This document shows, piece after piece, positions 41,864 to 51,544 of a stretch of DNA of 64,000 nt (within the stretch, counting starts at the first letter, position 1; every line of letters begins with the position of its first letter). The stretch spans positions 1 to 64,000 of the forward strand of contig CAWHXD010000019.1 in the NCBI GenBank assembly GCA_963833225.1, written 5' to 3'. The translations under genes and the position numbers were made by a program. The stretch is from an uncultured Chloroflexia bacterium. Its GTDB lineage: Bacteria; Chloroflexota; Limnocylindria; Limnocylindrales; CSP1-4. The notes beneath the pieces are model-generated. The model was not told the DNA's origin. It was given only the letters and a program-made list of their open reading frames with translations, and ran no database searches.

Positions 41864-42625
41864 ATGCGCTTGCTGTCCGATACCTGGATCATGTTCCGCC
41901 GATCGCTCGGCCTCAGCCTTCGCAACCCGCCCTGGTTGATCGTGGGGCTCATGCAGCCCCTGATCTACCTGATCCTGTTCGCGCCGATCCTGACCAACCT
42001 GACCAAGATGCCGGGCTTCCCGCCGGGCAACGCGTTCAACACCTTCGTTCCTGGCCTGCTGGTCATGACCGCAGGATTCGGAACGATGTTCGTGGGCTTC
42101 GCGTTCATCGACGAGATCCGGAACGGCGTCGTCGAGCGGATGCGCGTCACGCCCATGAGCCGCACTGCCGGGGTGCTCGGCAGAACCCTCCGGGACATCG
42201 TCGTATTCCTCGTCCAGGGGCTGATCCTGATCGGTGTCAGCATCCCGTTCGGACTCAACGTGGATCCGCTCGGTGTGCTCGTCGCGCTCGGCCTGCTGGC
42301 GCTGATCGGCCTCGGGCTTGGCCCACTTTCCTACGCCCTCGCCCTGACCGTCGGGAGCGAGGACACGCTTGGCCCGCTGGTCCAGGCCGTCGCGCTGCCG
42401 GTGCTGCTGCTGTCGGGGGTCCTGCTGCCGATGGCGCTCGCGCCGGACTGGCTCCGCACGATCGCGACGTTCAACCCGTTGTACCACGCGGTCGAGGCGA
42501 TGCGGGCGCTGTTCAACGCCGAGTTCTCCAGCGCTTCGATCGGGATCGGCATCGCCTGGATGGTCGCTCTTGCCGGCGCGTCGCTGGTGATCTCGGCCCG
42601 GGTGTTCAACCGGGCGACCGCCTGA
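41864..42625 (+). CDS. ABC-2 type permease (DrrB-like)
   Basis: About 6 TM; FVPGLL, ERMRVTP, NPLYHAVEAMRAL. Confidence 0.92.
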   Translation: MRLLSDTWIMFRRSLGLSLRNPPWLIVGLMQPLIYLILFAPILTNLTKMPGFPPGNAFNTFVPGLLVMTAGFGTMFVGFAFIDEIRNGVVERMRVTPMSRTAGVLGRTLRDIVVFLVQGLILIGVSIPFGLNVDPLGVLVALGLLALIGLGLGPLSYALALTVGSEDTLGPLVQAVALPVLLLSGVLLPMALAPDWLRTIATFNPLYHAVEAMRALFNAEFSSASIGIGIAWMVALAGASLVISARVFNRATA

Positions 42626-42716
42626 AGCCCGCGACAGCTGCGACCTCGGCCCGGGGCCGCCGCCGCCCCGCCCGGCGGCGCCCCGCGCGGAGGTTCGCAC
42701 CGGGCATCATGGGCTG

Positions 42717-43838
42717 ATGCGCATCCGCGACTTCGGCGTCGAGATCTGGATGAACCGGTGGGAGACCCGGTGCCGGTACAACCTGGCCGAGACCTGCGTG
42801 GACTCGGTCACGGTCGAGGAGCTGCTGGAGCTCGCCGGGATGGACGGCACTGCGCTCGTGAATCGGCTCGCCTCGATGCGCCTCGATTACGGGCCTATCG
42901 AGGGCTCCGGCCGGCTGCGGATCGCGGTCGCCGGGCTGTACGAGACGGTCGGGCCGGAGCACGTCCTCGTGACCCACGGTGCCATTGGCGCAAATGCCCT
43001 CGCCTACCAGGCGCTCGTCGAGCCGGGCGACGTGGTCGTGCCGATCGTGCCCACGTACCAGCAGCACACCTCGATCGCGGAGAGCCTGGGGGCCGACGTC
43101 CGCCCGCTTCGCCTGCGGGAGGAGGACGCCTGGCTCCCGGATATCGACGAGCTGCGGCGCATCGCCCGCCGGGCGAAGGTGATCGCGATCGTCAATCCGA
43201 ACAACCCCACCGGATCGCTGCTCGACGAGCCACGTCTGGCCGCGATCGTGGATATCGCGAGGGAGGCCGGCGCCTGGCTCATCGCGGACGAGGTCTACCG
43301 CGGCATCGACCAGGTGGGCGACGGGACCTCGCCGTCCTTCGTGGACTCGTACGAGCGCACGGTCGGCATCGGGAGCATGTCCAAGGCGTTCTCGCTGGCT
43401 GGGCTCCGCCTGGGCTGGATCGTGGCGCCGCGCGAGATCCTCGAGGCCGTGAGCCGCCACCGCGACTACTCCGTGATCAGCGTGGGCCAGGTGGACGACC
43501 TGCTGGCGTCGATCGCGCTCGAGGCCAAGGGCGCCCTGCTCGCCCGCAACCGGGAGATCGTGCGCCGCAACCTGGTGATCCTGGATGCCTGGGTCGCCGG
43601 CGAGCCGCGGATCGACTACGTGCGGCCGGCAGCCGGCACGACGGCCCTGCTCCGCTACGCGGCGGACGTGCCGTCCGAGGGCCTGTGCGTCCGCCTGCTG
43701 GAGACCGAAGGCGTGATGCTGACCCCCGGCAGCGCCCTCGACATGGAGGGCTACCTGCGCATCGGGTTCGCCAACGAGACACCCGTGCTCCAGGCTGGCC
43801 TGGAGCGGTTCTCAGCATTCCTGGCGACGCTCGGCTGA
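42717..43838 (+). CDS. Class I/II PLP-dependent aminotransferase
   Basis: NPNNPTG, ADEVY, SMSKAFSLAGLRLGW. Confidence 0.93.
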   Translation: MRIRDFGVEIWMNRWETRCRYNLAETCVDSVTVEELLELAGMDGTALVNRLASMRLDYGPIEGSGRLRIAVAGLYETVGPEHVLVTHGAIGANALAYQALVEPGDVVVPIVPTYQQHTSIAESLGADVRPLRLREEDAWLPDIDELRRIARRAKVIAIVNPNNPTGSLLDEPRLAAIVDIAREAGAWLIADEVYRGIDQVGDGTSPSFVDSYERTVGIGSMSKAFSLAGLRLGWIVAPREILEAVSRHRDYSVISVGQVDDLLASIALEAKGALLARNREIVRRNLVILDAWVAGEPRIDYVRPAAGTTALLRYAADVPSEGLCVRLLETEGVMLTPGSALDMEGYLRIGFANETPVLQAGLERFSAFLATLG

Positions 43839-43935
43839 CCATCGCCGGCCGCCTTCGCGTCTCCCTCCGGCTGTCCGCTACCCTTGCACCGGGCACAGCC
43901 GTTTGCGCCTCAAGCCTGGCACAGGGAGCAGTGGG

Positions 43936-44889
43936 ATGACCGGTCGGGAAGACCCGACGACCCCGGGCGAGAGCGCCTACGTCGGCCCCTCGGGCGGCTT
44001 TGAACAGTCGCTGGTGGACCGGCTCTACGAGGGCGTCTACTACGTCGACCTCGGGCGCCGGATCCGGTACTGGAACCCCGGCGCCGAGAGGCTGTCCGGC
44101 TTCGCCGCCGACGAGGTGGTCGGCCGGTACTGCCACGACAACCTCCTCGACCACGTGGATGCTGCCGGCCGCTCCCTGTGCCGAAGCGGCTGTCCTCTCG
44201 CCGCCACCATGCGTGACGGCCAGGCGCGCGATGCGGAGGTCTTCCTGCGGCATCGCAAGGGTCACCGCGTCCCGATCCGGGTTCGTGCTAACGCCGTCCT
44301 CGACCGGGAGGGCAAGGTCATCGGCGCCGTGGAGGTGTTCGACGACCAGGGCGACCTCACGGCAGCCCGGGTCGAGCTGTCCGACCTGCGGGATCTCGCC
44401 ATGACGGATGCGCTCACGGGCATCCCGAACCGGCGCCATTTCGAGATGTCGATCGCGTCGCGGATCGCCGAGTTCGCGGGGTACGGCCGTGACTTCGGGC
44501 TCCTGGTCGCCGACATCGACTGGTTCAAGACCCTCAACGACACCTATGGCCACGCCGCCGGGGACGTGGCCCTGCGGACGGTGGCCCAGACGATGCTTGC
44601 CGCGTCGCGGACGTCCGACGACCTTGCCCGGTTCGGAGGCGAGGAGTTCGTCCTGACGATCGTGGAGATCGACCCGGCCGGTCTTCTCGCCGTTGCCGAG
44701 CGCATGCGCCTGCAGGTCGCCCGGTCCAGCGTTCGGGCGGACGGCAACGATCTGAGCGTGACGATCTCGATCGGCGGCACGATGGCGGTACCGGGAGACA
44801 CCGCCGAGACGGTGTTCGCGCGCGCCGACGCCGCCATGTACCGGGCGAAGGACGGTGGGCGCAACCGGGTGGAGATCGACGTTCCCTGA
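43936..44889 (+). CDS. PAS-GGDEF diguanylate cyclase
   Basis: PAS (WNPGAERLSGF); DALTGIPNRR, DIDWFK, GHAAGD, RTSD I-site, RFGGEEF. Confidence 0.93.
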   Translation: MTGREDPTTPGESAYVGPSGGFEQSLVDRLYEGVYYVDLGRRIRYWNPGAERLSGFAADEVVGRYCHDNLLDHVDAAGRSLCRSGCPLAATMRDGQARDAEVFLRHRKGHRVPIRVRANAVLDREGKVIGAVEVFDDQGDLTAARVELSDLRDLAMTDALTGIPNRRHFEMSIASRIAEFAGYGRDFGLLVADIDWFKTLNDTYGHAAGDVALRTVAQTMLAASRTSDDLARFGGEEFVLTIVEIDPAGLLAVAERMRLQVARSSVRADGNDLSVTISIGGTMAVPGDTAETVFARADAAMYRAKDGGRNRVEIDVP

Positions 44890-44908
44890 TCGCTGCCGTG
44901 CCCGCGCG

Positions 44909-47900
44909 TCACGCCGCGGCGGTCGTCACCTCCGGCTTCGCGTCGCGGCGCCCCGCGCCTGCCGAGTACGCGAGCGTGACGAGCACGCCGACGAGGCCGA
45001 AGGCCGCGAGCACCGCAGCGTCCACCGCCGGCATGGACCCGCCGCCCGTGATCGCGCCCCGGAAGGCGTCGACGGCGTAGGTCAATGGCAGCAGCGGGTG
45101 CAGCGCGGCGAGCGGCCCGGGCACGGCGGCCGTGCCGAGCGGGATGCCGGCGGCCGCCACCTGGAGGGCCAGGAGGAGCAGCGCCAGCAGCCAGCCGCGG
45201 CTGCCGAGCAGCGCGACCAGCGCCTGTACCAGCGCGGCGAACACGAGCGCGGCGAGGACCGCGAACGCGACCAGCGAGCCGAGCTGGACCACGTCGAGGC
45301 CGAGCAGGAGCCGGATCCCGCCCACCATGAGCAGGGCACCGGCGACCGCCACCGCGGCGGCGGCCGCGGACGCGATCAGCACCGGGCGCCACCATCGCCG
45401 GTCGTCGCGGCCCCAGAGAGCCGGAAGGACCAGGAACGCCGCGAGCGCTCCGAGCCAGGTCGCCAGCGCCATCAGGAACGGGGCGAGCCCGCTGCCCGGT
45501 CCGGCGTCGGGGCTGGCGCGGGTGGCATCGACCGTCACGGGGTCCGCCGCGAGGGCGCCCACGCGGGAGCGCTCGTCGTCGGAGTACGCGGCCGTGCCAT
45601 CAGCCGAGGTTTGAAGCCCTTTCGAGAGCGCATCGGCCTTGTCGGCGAGCGCGCTGCCGTCGTCCGCGAGGCCCTTTGCCTGCGCTTCGACGAGCGAGCC
45701 GGCGTCGACGGCCGTCTGCATCGAGTCGGTGAGGTCGCCCAGGCCGCCGACCGCGTCGGCCGTCCCGGTGGCCAGGGCCCTGGCCCCGTTCGACGAGAGC
45801 TTGGCGCCGCCGGCCAGCGCGTCCGCGCCGCCGGCCAGGTCGTCGAGCCCCGAAGCCAGGCCAGACGCACCCGACGCCACGCCCACGGCACCGTCGGCCA
45901 GCTGGGTCACTCCGTCAGCGAGCGCGGGCATCCCGTCGGCCAGCTGGCGGGTGCCGGCGGCGAGCTGGGCTGCCCCTGCGTCGAGCTGGGTGGCGCCGAG
46001 CGCGAGGTCCGCGGCTCCACCGGACGCGTCGGCGATCCCCGTCTCGAGCGGGGCCAGGCCGGCGGCGAGCAGCGCCGTGCCGTCCCGCAGGTCCGTGGCG
46101 CCGGCCTGGAGATCCGAGGCGCCGGCGGCGAGCCCCGCGGTCGCCCCGGCGAGGTCGCTGGCGCCGGAGGCGGTGCCGTTCGCGGCAGCCACCAGCGGAG
46201 TCCCCTGGGTGGCGAGGTCGTCGAGAGCGGCGCAGATGGCGGGCGTGCCCCCCATCCCCGCACACGCGGCGGCGAGCGCGGCGACGCCGTCGACATAGTC
46301 GGAGACGCCCGCGGCGAGCTGGCCCGCGCCCGCGGCAAGGCTGGACGCGCCGGCATCGGCCTGGTCCACGCCGTCCGAGAGGGCCACCGCGCCGGCACGG
46401 AGATCGGCCGCTCCATCGGCGAGGGCCTGGGCCTGGGCGCCGAGGCCCGTCGTCTGGGTCTTCATGAGCGCGAGGCCATCGGCCAGCTGGCTCGCCCCGT
46501 CCGCCACACCGGCGGCCCCGAGCGCGACCCCATCGGCGCCGTCGGCGAGGGCGCTCGCCTGGGCGGGGAGGGCAGTGGTCTGCTGGTCGAGGGCCGCCAG
46601 CCCGTCCGAGAGCCCCGATGCCCCATCGGCGAGCAGCGCGGCACCATCGGCCGAGGCGTGGGCGCCGCGCGCGAGCTTGCGGGCACCGACCTTGAGCTCG
46701 GCCGCCCCATCCGCGAGCTTGCGGGTCCCTTTGACCAGCTCGTCAGTGCCGCCCGACGCGCTACCGGCCTGATCGATGAACTCCTGGAGCCCGCCCACGA
46801 GCTGGCCCGCGAATGCCTCCGTCCCCGCCGCGTTGTCGGCGAGGCTGGTCGTGGAGGTGGCAACCGAGGCGGCGTCGTCGGCGGCCGTCGTGAGGGTGTC
46901 ATGGGCCTGGGACACCGACAGCAGCACGCCGTCCACGTAGGAGGACGTGAGCTCGTTGACGGTCGCGGTCCCGATCGCGGCCGTGACCTCGCGGGCAACG
47001 GTGCCCAGCGCATCCCCGGCGCCGTCGCCGGTGACCAGCTGCAGCGTGGCCCTGGGGGCCGAGCCGGACGTGTCGGCCCAGATGGCGGCCACGGTTCGCG
47101 AGAAGTCGGCCGGGATCGTGAGGACCGCCGCGTACCGTCCGTTTTCGAGGCCCGCCCCGGCCTCCGCCTCGTCGGTTGCCAGCCAGGTGAAGCCGCCGTC
47201 GCCCGCGGTCGTCGTGAGCGCCTCGGACAGGTCCGCGCCCAGCGTCAGGGTGTCGGTCGAGCCGTCGGCGGCGGGCACGGACCCGCCCTGGTCGAGGTCC
47301 ACGACGGCTGCCCGCACGGTGTCGAGGTTGCCCGCGGACGCGCCGAGCGACCACGTGAGCAGCCCGGCCACGGTGAGGGGCACGAGCACGACCAGACCCA
47401 GGGCGGCGGCGAGCCGCCCACGCGACAGGCGCGCGGTGGCGGTCCCCGCCACGCCCGCCACCATCGCCCCCGCCCCGGCGGGAACGAGCGGTACGCGCCC
47501 GAGAGCGCCGGTGAAGGCAGCCCCGGACGGCCACCAGGCCCGGTCACCGGCAAGGGTCGTGATCGCCGGCACCAGGATCGAGCGGACGACGAACGTGTCG
47601 ATGAGCACGCCGATGGCCACGGCGACGCCCACCTGGAACAGGACGATCAAGGGGGCCGTGGCCATCGACCCGAACGTGCCGGCGAGGATCAGGCCGGCGG
47701 ACGTGATGACGGCGCCGGTGTGACCGGACGCGATCCGGATTCCGTCCTTGAGGGAGCGGTGCTCGCTCTCCTCGCGGACCCGGCTCATCAGGAAGATGTT
47801 GTAGTCGGACCCGAGCGCCACCAGCAGCACGAACACCATCAGCGGCAGATAGAACGAGATGCCCGGGTGCCCCATGACGTCCTGGAACAGGAACGCCGAC

Positions 47901-50407
47901 AGGCCGACCGCGGACCCGTAGGAGACCAGGACGGTGGCCACCAGGTACAGCGGGGCCACGATCGAGCGGAGCAGCAGCACGAGCACCACGAGGATGCCCA
48001 TGACCGTGATGATGCCCACCCGATTGAAGTCGGTCGACAGGGTGTCCTGGACGTCGGCGAACTGGGCCGTCGGACCGCCGAGGGTGGCGGCGGCCGAGGC
48101 TCCGAACGCCGGCGCACTCGCGGCCAGCACGTCCTGGGTATCGCGCACGATGGCAAACGCGCCGCCCGAGTACGGGTCGTTGGAGCTGGTGACGTAGAAG
48201 CGGGTCGCCGAGCGGTCCCGGGACACGAACGCGTCGATCGCGTCGCGCAGCTTGTCCGCGTCCTCGCCCGTGAGCGTGGTCGGGATCCAGATGTCATCGG
48301 GTCGGGTCGCGAAGACCGCCCCCAGGGCCCGGTACTGGTCCGGCAGCGCGCCGAACGTGTCCTCGGCCTCCCGCTTGAGCTCCTTGGCGCTCGGCGTGCC
48401 GGCCAGGCTCTGCGGGGAGAGCGTGGCGTCTGGGCGGCCATCGAAGTGGTCCGCCAGCGCGTTGAACGAGTCCGCGAGGTCGAGCGCGGCGGAGATCGAT
48501 CCGTCCTTCTCGAGCGAGCGGGCCGCCTTCACCCCGTCCTTCCAGGGACCCAGCGAGCGGACCTCCGGGTAGGCGTCGGCGAGCTCGGCGAGGTAATCGC
48601 TCATCAGCGTGTCGGTGGACCCGTCCTCTCCGCTCGAGCTGCCCGCGGCCGCCGACGGTGACGTGATCGATGAGGCGAGGGTCCGCAGCTGGGTGGGCAG
48701 GACCGCGTTGGTCCGGACGCGCTCGACGATGTCCTGCGCGTGGGCGATGCCGCTCTTGAGCTCCCGCATGGCGGTGCCCGCGGCGACGTCCGGGAACGCC
48801 GTGCCCAGTCCGTTCACGTAGGCGAGCGCGCTGTCCAGGCCGTCCGAGACCTCGGGGTCGAGCAGCGATGCGGAATCGGAGCCGGTGGTCCCGCTGTCGC
48901 CGTCCATCTTGTCGGCGATCGTCTGCAGCTGGACGGAGGGCTGGAAGCCGTCGGGGACCACGCCGTCCCCGTCGGGGGTCACGAGGCTGGTCACGGTCGC
49001 CACGCCCGGCGTGTTGCCGAGGGTGATCATGAGGTCGCGGAACTTCGCGAGCTGCCCGGGCGCGAGCATGTCGCCGCCGCCACCCGCATCGACGAGCCCG
49101 GTCGACTGGACGAGCTTGTCTTCGCCCAGGGACTTCGCGATGGCCTCGTACCCGATGCGTGAATCGGCGTCGGCGGGCAGCTCCGAGAGGACGTCGAAGT
49201 TGGTCTTGACCTGGGGCAGGAAGCCAGCCGGGACCAGGAGCGCGACCAGGAGGCCGACCGCGACGATCCCCGGATGGTGGGAGACCCCCGAGGCGAGGCG
49301 GGCGAAGAAGCCTCCGGGCTCACCCTCAGGACGGGGGCGGGTGTGCAAGGGCCAGAACAGGTAGTGCCCGAAGATGGACAGCATCGCCGGAGCCAGGGTC
49401 AGGCCGGCGATGAGGGTCACGAAGATGGCGACCGCGATCGCGGGTCCCGTGGAGCTGATCATCTGGAACTCGCCGAAGGCCATCGAGGCCATGCCCACGA
49501 TCACGGTGGCCGCGCTGGCCGTGATCACCGCGCCGATGCGCTTGACAGTGGTCCGCGCGGCATCGTGCCAGTCGCCACCGCCGGAGACCTCCTCGCGATA
49601 GCGGCTGATCAGGAAGATCGCGTAGTCGGTCCCAACCCCGAACACCATCACGACCAAAAACGTGTCCAGGAGCGAGGACACCTGCCAGCCCAGCGAGGCC
49701 AGGAGCCCGAGGAGGCCGCGAGAGACCACGAACGCCGACCCGATGGTCACCAGCGGCACGAGCGCGGCCAGCGGCGCGCGGTAGATGAGGAGCAGAACCA
49801 CCAGGACCAGCAGGACGGTCACCGCAGTCGTGCTGTCGGTGCCCGCCTTGACCGCCTCGAGGTAGTCGGCGCTGATCGCGGCGGACCCGGTCACGTGGGC
49901 CTCCAGGCCCGCCGGCGTGGTCGCCGCGAGGTGGTCGCGGAGCTCGCGGACCACGGTGCTCGCGGCATCACCGGCATTCTCGACATCGAGGTTGACGACG
50001 ACCATCTCGAACTGGCCATCATCGCTGCGAAGCATGGATTCCAGCTCGGGGCGCGAGTCCGCGGTCTCGGTACCGGTGGCGGCCGTCCGCAGCTCGGGCG
50101 GAGCGTCGGCGCTCATCGTCCACGCCGCGAAGGCATCGCGGAACGCGCGGTCCGCGTCGGTGAGGCCGCCGGGGCGCTCGAAGGTGATCGTGGCCGACGA
50201 TGCCGACGTGCTGCCCGGGAAGGCGCGCTCCAGCTCGTCGCGGGCCTGGACCGACGGTGCCGAGGGCGGCAGGAACGAGGCCTGGTCCGTGGAGCCGGAC
50301 CCCGCCAGCGACGGCGCCAGGGTCGCGCACGCAACCCCGCCGACGATCCACGCGGCCACGATCAGGAAGCGGAAGCGGTAGGTCCAGGAGCCCAGTCGCT
50401 CGAACAT
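44909..50407 (-). CDS. MMPL-family RND transporter fused to a YhgE/Pip-like membrane protein (1832 aa)
   Basis: MMPL motifs FGVGTDYAIFLISRYREE, LVALGSDYNIFLMSRVREE, DTFVVRSILVPA; then Pip-type AAVVDLDQG, YAAVLTIPADFS, LADGA heptads, GLAPF, PLLPLTYAVDAFR. Confidence 0.88.
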   Translation of the reverse strand: MFERLGSWTYRFRFLIVAAWIVGGVACATLAPSLAGSGSTDQASFLPPSAPSVQARDELERAFPGSTSASSATITFERPGGLTDADRAFRDAFAAWTMSADAPPELRTAATGTETADSRPELESMLRSDDGQFEMVVVNLDVENAGDAASTVVRELRDHLAATTPAGLEAHVTGSAAISADYLEAVKAGTDSTTAVTVLLVLVVLLLIYRAPLAALVPLVTIGSAFVVSRGLLGLLASLGWQVSSLLDTFLVVMVFGVGTDYAIFLISRYREEVSGGGDWHDAARTTVKRIGAVITASAATVIVGMASMAFGEFQMISSTGPAIAVAIFVTLIAGLTLAPAMLSIFGHYLFWPLHTRPRPEGEPGGFFARLASGVSHHPGIVAVGLLVALLVPAGFLPQVKTNFDVLSELPADADSRIGYEAIAKSLGEDKLVQSTGLVDAGGGGDMLAPGQLAKFRDLMITLGNTPGVATVTSLVTPDGDGVVPDGFQPSVQLQTIADKMDGDSGTTGSDSASLLDPEVSDGLDSALAYVNGLGTAFPDVAAGTAMRELKSGIAHAQDIVERVRTNAVLPTQLRTLASSITSPSAAAGSSSGEDGSTDTLMSDYLAELADAYPEVRSLGPWKDGVKAARSLEKDGSISAALDLADSFNALADHFDGRPDATLSPQSLAGTPSAKELKREAEDTFGALPDQYRALGAVFATRPDDIWIPTTLTGEDADKLRDAIDAFVSRDRSATRFYVTSSNDPYSGGAFAIVRDTQDVLAASAPAFGASAAATLGGPTAQFADVQDTLSTDFNRVGIITVMGILVVLVLLLRSIVAPLYLVATVLVSYGSAVGLSAFLFQDVMGHPGISFYLPLMVFVLLVALGSDYNIFLMSRVREESEHRSLKDGIRIASGHTGAVITSAGLILAGTFGSMATAPLIVLFQVGVAVAIGVLIDTFVVRSILVPAITTLAGDRAWWPSGAAFTGALGRVPLVPAGAGAMVAGVAGTATARLSRGRLAAALGLVVLVPLTVAGLLTWSLGASAGNLDTVRAAVVDLDQGGSVPAADGSTDTLTLGADLSEALTTTAGDGGFTWLATDEAEAGAGLENGRYAAVLTIPADFSRTVAAIWADTSGSAPRATLQLVTGDGAGDALGTVAREVTAAIGTATVNELTSSYVDGVLLSVSQAHDTLTTAADDAASVATSTTSLADNAAGTEAFAGQLVGGLQEFIDQAGSASGGTDELVKGTRKLADGAAELKVGARKLARGAHASADGAALLADGASGLSDGLAALDQQTTALPAQASALADGADGVALGAAGVADGASQLADGLALMKTQTTGLGAQAQALADGAADLRAGAVALSDGVDQADAGASSLAAGAGQLAAGVSDYVDGVAALAAACAGMGGTPAICAALDDLATQGTPLVAAANGTASGASDLAGATAGLAAGASDLQAGATDLRDGTALLAAGLAPLETGIADASGGAADLALGATQLDAGAAQLAAGTRQLADGMPALADGVTQLADGAVGVASGASGLASGLDDLAGGADALAGGAKLSSNGARALATGTADAVGGLGDLTDSMQTAVDAGSLVEAQAKGLADDGSALADKADALSKGLQTSADGTAAYSDDERSRVGALAADPVTVDATRASPDAGPGSGLAPFLMALATWLGALAAFLVLPALWGRDDRRWWRPVLIASAAAAAVAVAGALLMVGGIRLLLGLDVVQLGSLVAFAVLAALVFAALVQALVALLGSRGWLLALLLLALQVAAAGIPLGTAAVPGPLAALHPLLPLTYAVDAFRGAITGGGSMPAVDAAVLAAFGLVGVLVTLAYSAGAGRRDAKPEVTTAAA

Positions 50408-50497
50408 CAGGTGCCTCTCCTCGGGCGGGCGGACAGCGCGGACCCGGCGTGATGTGCGTCAGGAATTGGGGTTGCGGCAGGCCGAAGCCGCCAGTAG

Positions 50498-50547
50498 GAT
50501 ACGAAGGCGCATTCGATACGTCAATGTATCGAATACGGGTGTGTATC
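50498..50547. promoter_or_regulatory. Triple TetR-type operator array
   Basis: Three GATAC-N6-GTATC-like units at 17-bp period; the central one extends to ATTCGATAC-N6-GTATCGAAT. Confidence 0.75.
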
Positions 50548-50569
50548 ACAGGTGGGAGGTCCGGTGCGG

Positions 50570-51385
50570 ATGGGCCGGGAGCAGCGACCGGGGGACTGGG
50601 CGGCCTGGATGACGGGCCGAGCGGTGACGCCCCAGACCCCTGCGTCCGGTGCCGAGCCCGCTTCCGGCGGTGCGCCCACGCCCGAACCTGCGCCCACGGT
50701 CCCCATGCCCGCGTCCGACCCCGACCCCGACCTCCACGCGGACACCACGCGAACGCCTCGGCGCGAGGCCACCCGCCAACGAGTGCTGGACGCCGCCCTG
50801 GAGGTGTTTGCCGAGCGAGGGGTCATCGGCGGGACGGTGGAGGACATCTGCGAGCGCGCCGGCTTTACCCGCGGCGCGTTCTACTCCAACTTCGCCGACC
50901 GGGAGGACGTCATCGACGCCCTCGTGGAGCGCGAACAGAACCGGCTGCTCGACGGAGTGGACGCGATGTTCACCGATGTCGAGGACGAGATCGCGGCCGC
51001 GCCGGATCTGGGGGCCGCGCTCCGGGCGATCATCGGCCAGGTCCTCCAGGCGGTGCCCATCGACCGGGAGCTGTCCCTGATCCAGGCCGAGCTCGAGAAC
51101 TTCGCGATCCGGCGCCCGGATCTCGCGGGACGGTTCGTGGCCAGCAACGAGCGGTTCCGCCAGCGGATCACTGCCTTCATCTCGGACGCGATGCAGCGCC
51201 ACGGTCGGGAGCTCCTCGTCGAGCCCTCGATCCTCACCGACGCGATCATCGCGATCACCCAGCGGAGCGTCCGGCGGGCGCTCCTCGAGGGCGGTGACGC
51301 GGACCCCAACGAGATGGCCGGCGCCATCCTGCCCGGGCTGCTCCTGGCCTTCTCGAGGCGGGCCGTCGGCGCCACGGGCACGTAA
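50570..51385 (+). CDS. TetR-family regulator (start uncertain)
   Basis: TRQRVLDAALEVF..TVEDICERAGFTRGAFYSNF; divergent from the MMPL fusion. Confidence 0.92.
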   Translation: MGREQRPGDWAAWMTGRAVTPQTPASGAEPASGGAPTPEPAPTVPMPASDPDPDLHADTTRTPRREATRQRVLDAALEVFAERGVIGGTVEDICERAGFTRGAFYSNFADREDVIDALVEREQNRLLDGVDAMFTDVEDEIAAAPDLGAALRAIIGQVLQAVPIDRELSLIQAELENFAIRRPDLAGRFVASNERFRQRITAFISDAMQRHGRELLVEPSILTDAIIAITQRSVRRALLEGGDADPNEMAGAILPGLLLAFSRRAVGATGT

Positions 51386-51544
51386 CCCCATCGAAAGGGA
51401 GGGCATCGGATGCTGACGTCCTCCTCCTCTCTCTGCACTACGGGGCCCTGAACCGGATGACGGTCGGGGCCCGTGGTGTGTCTGGGACCCCTTGCGCCTC
51501 CGGGGCACCGCAACCGGGCGGTGACCGGTAGGGTTCGTGTTCAC

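Noticed and set aside
45600-46900. DNA repeat array or diversity-generating element in the LADGA region
   Set aside because: Degenerate protein-level heptads typical of YhgE/Pip stalks; no reverse transcriptase or template/variable repeat pair seen.
44855-48661. 1268-aa plus-strand ORF
   Set aside because: Antisense shadow of the MMPL-Pip gene; Arg/Gly-rich with no domain signal.
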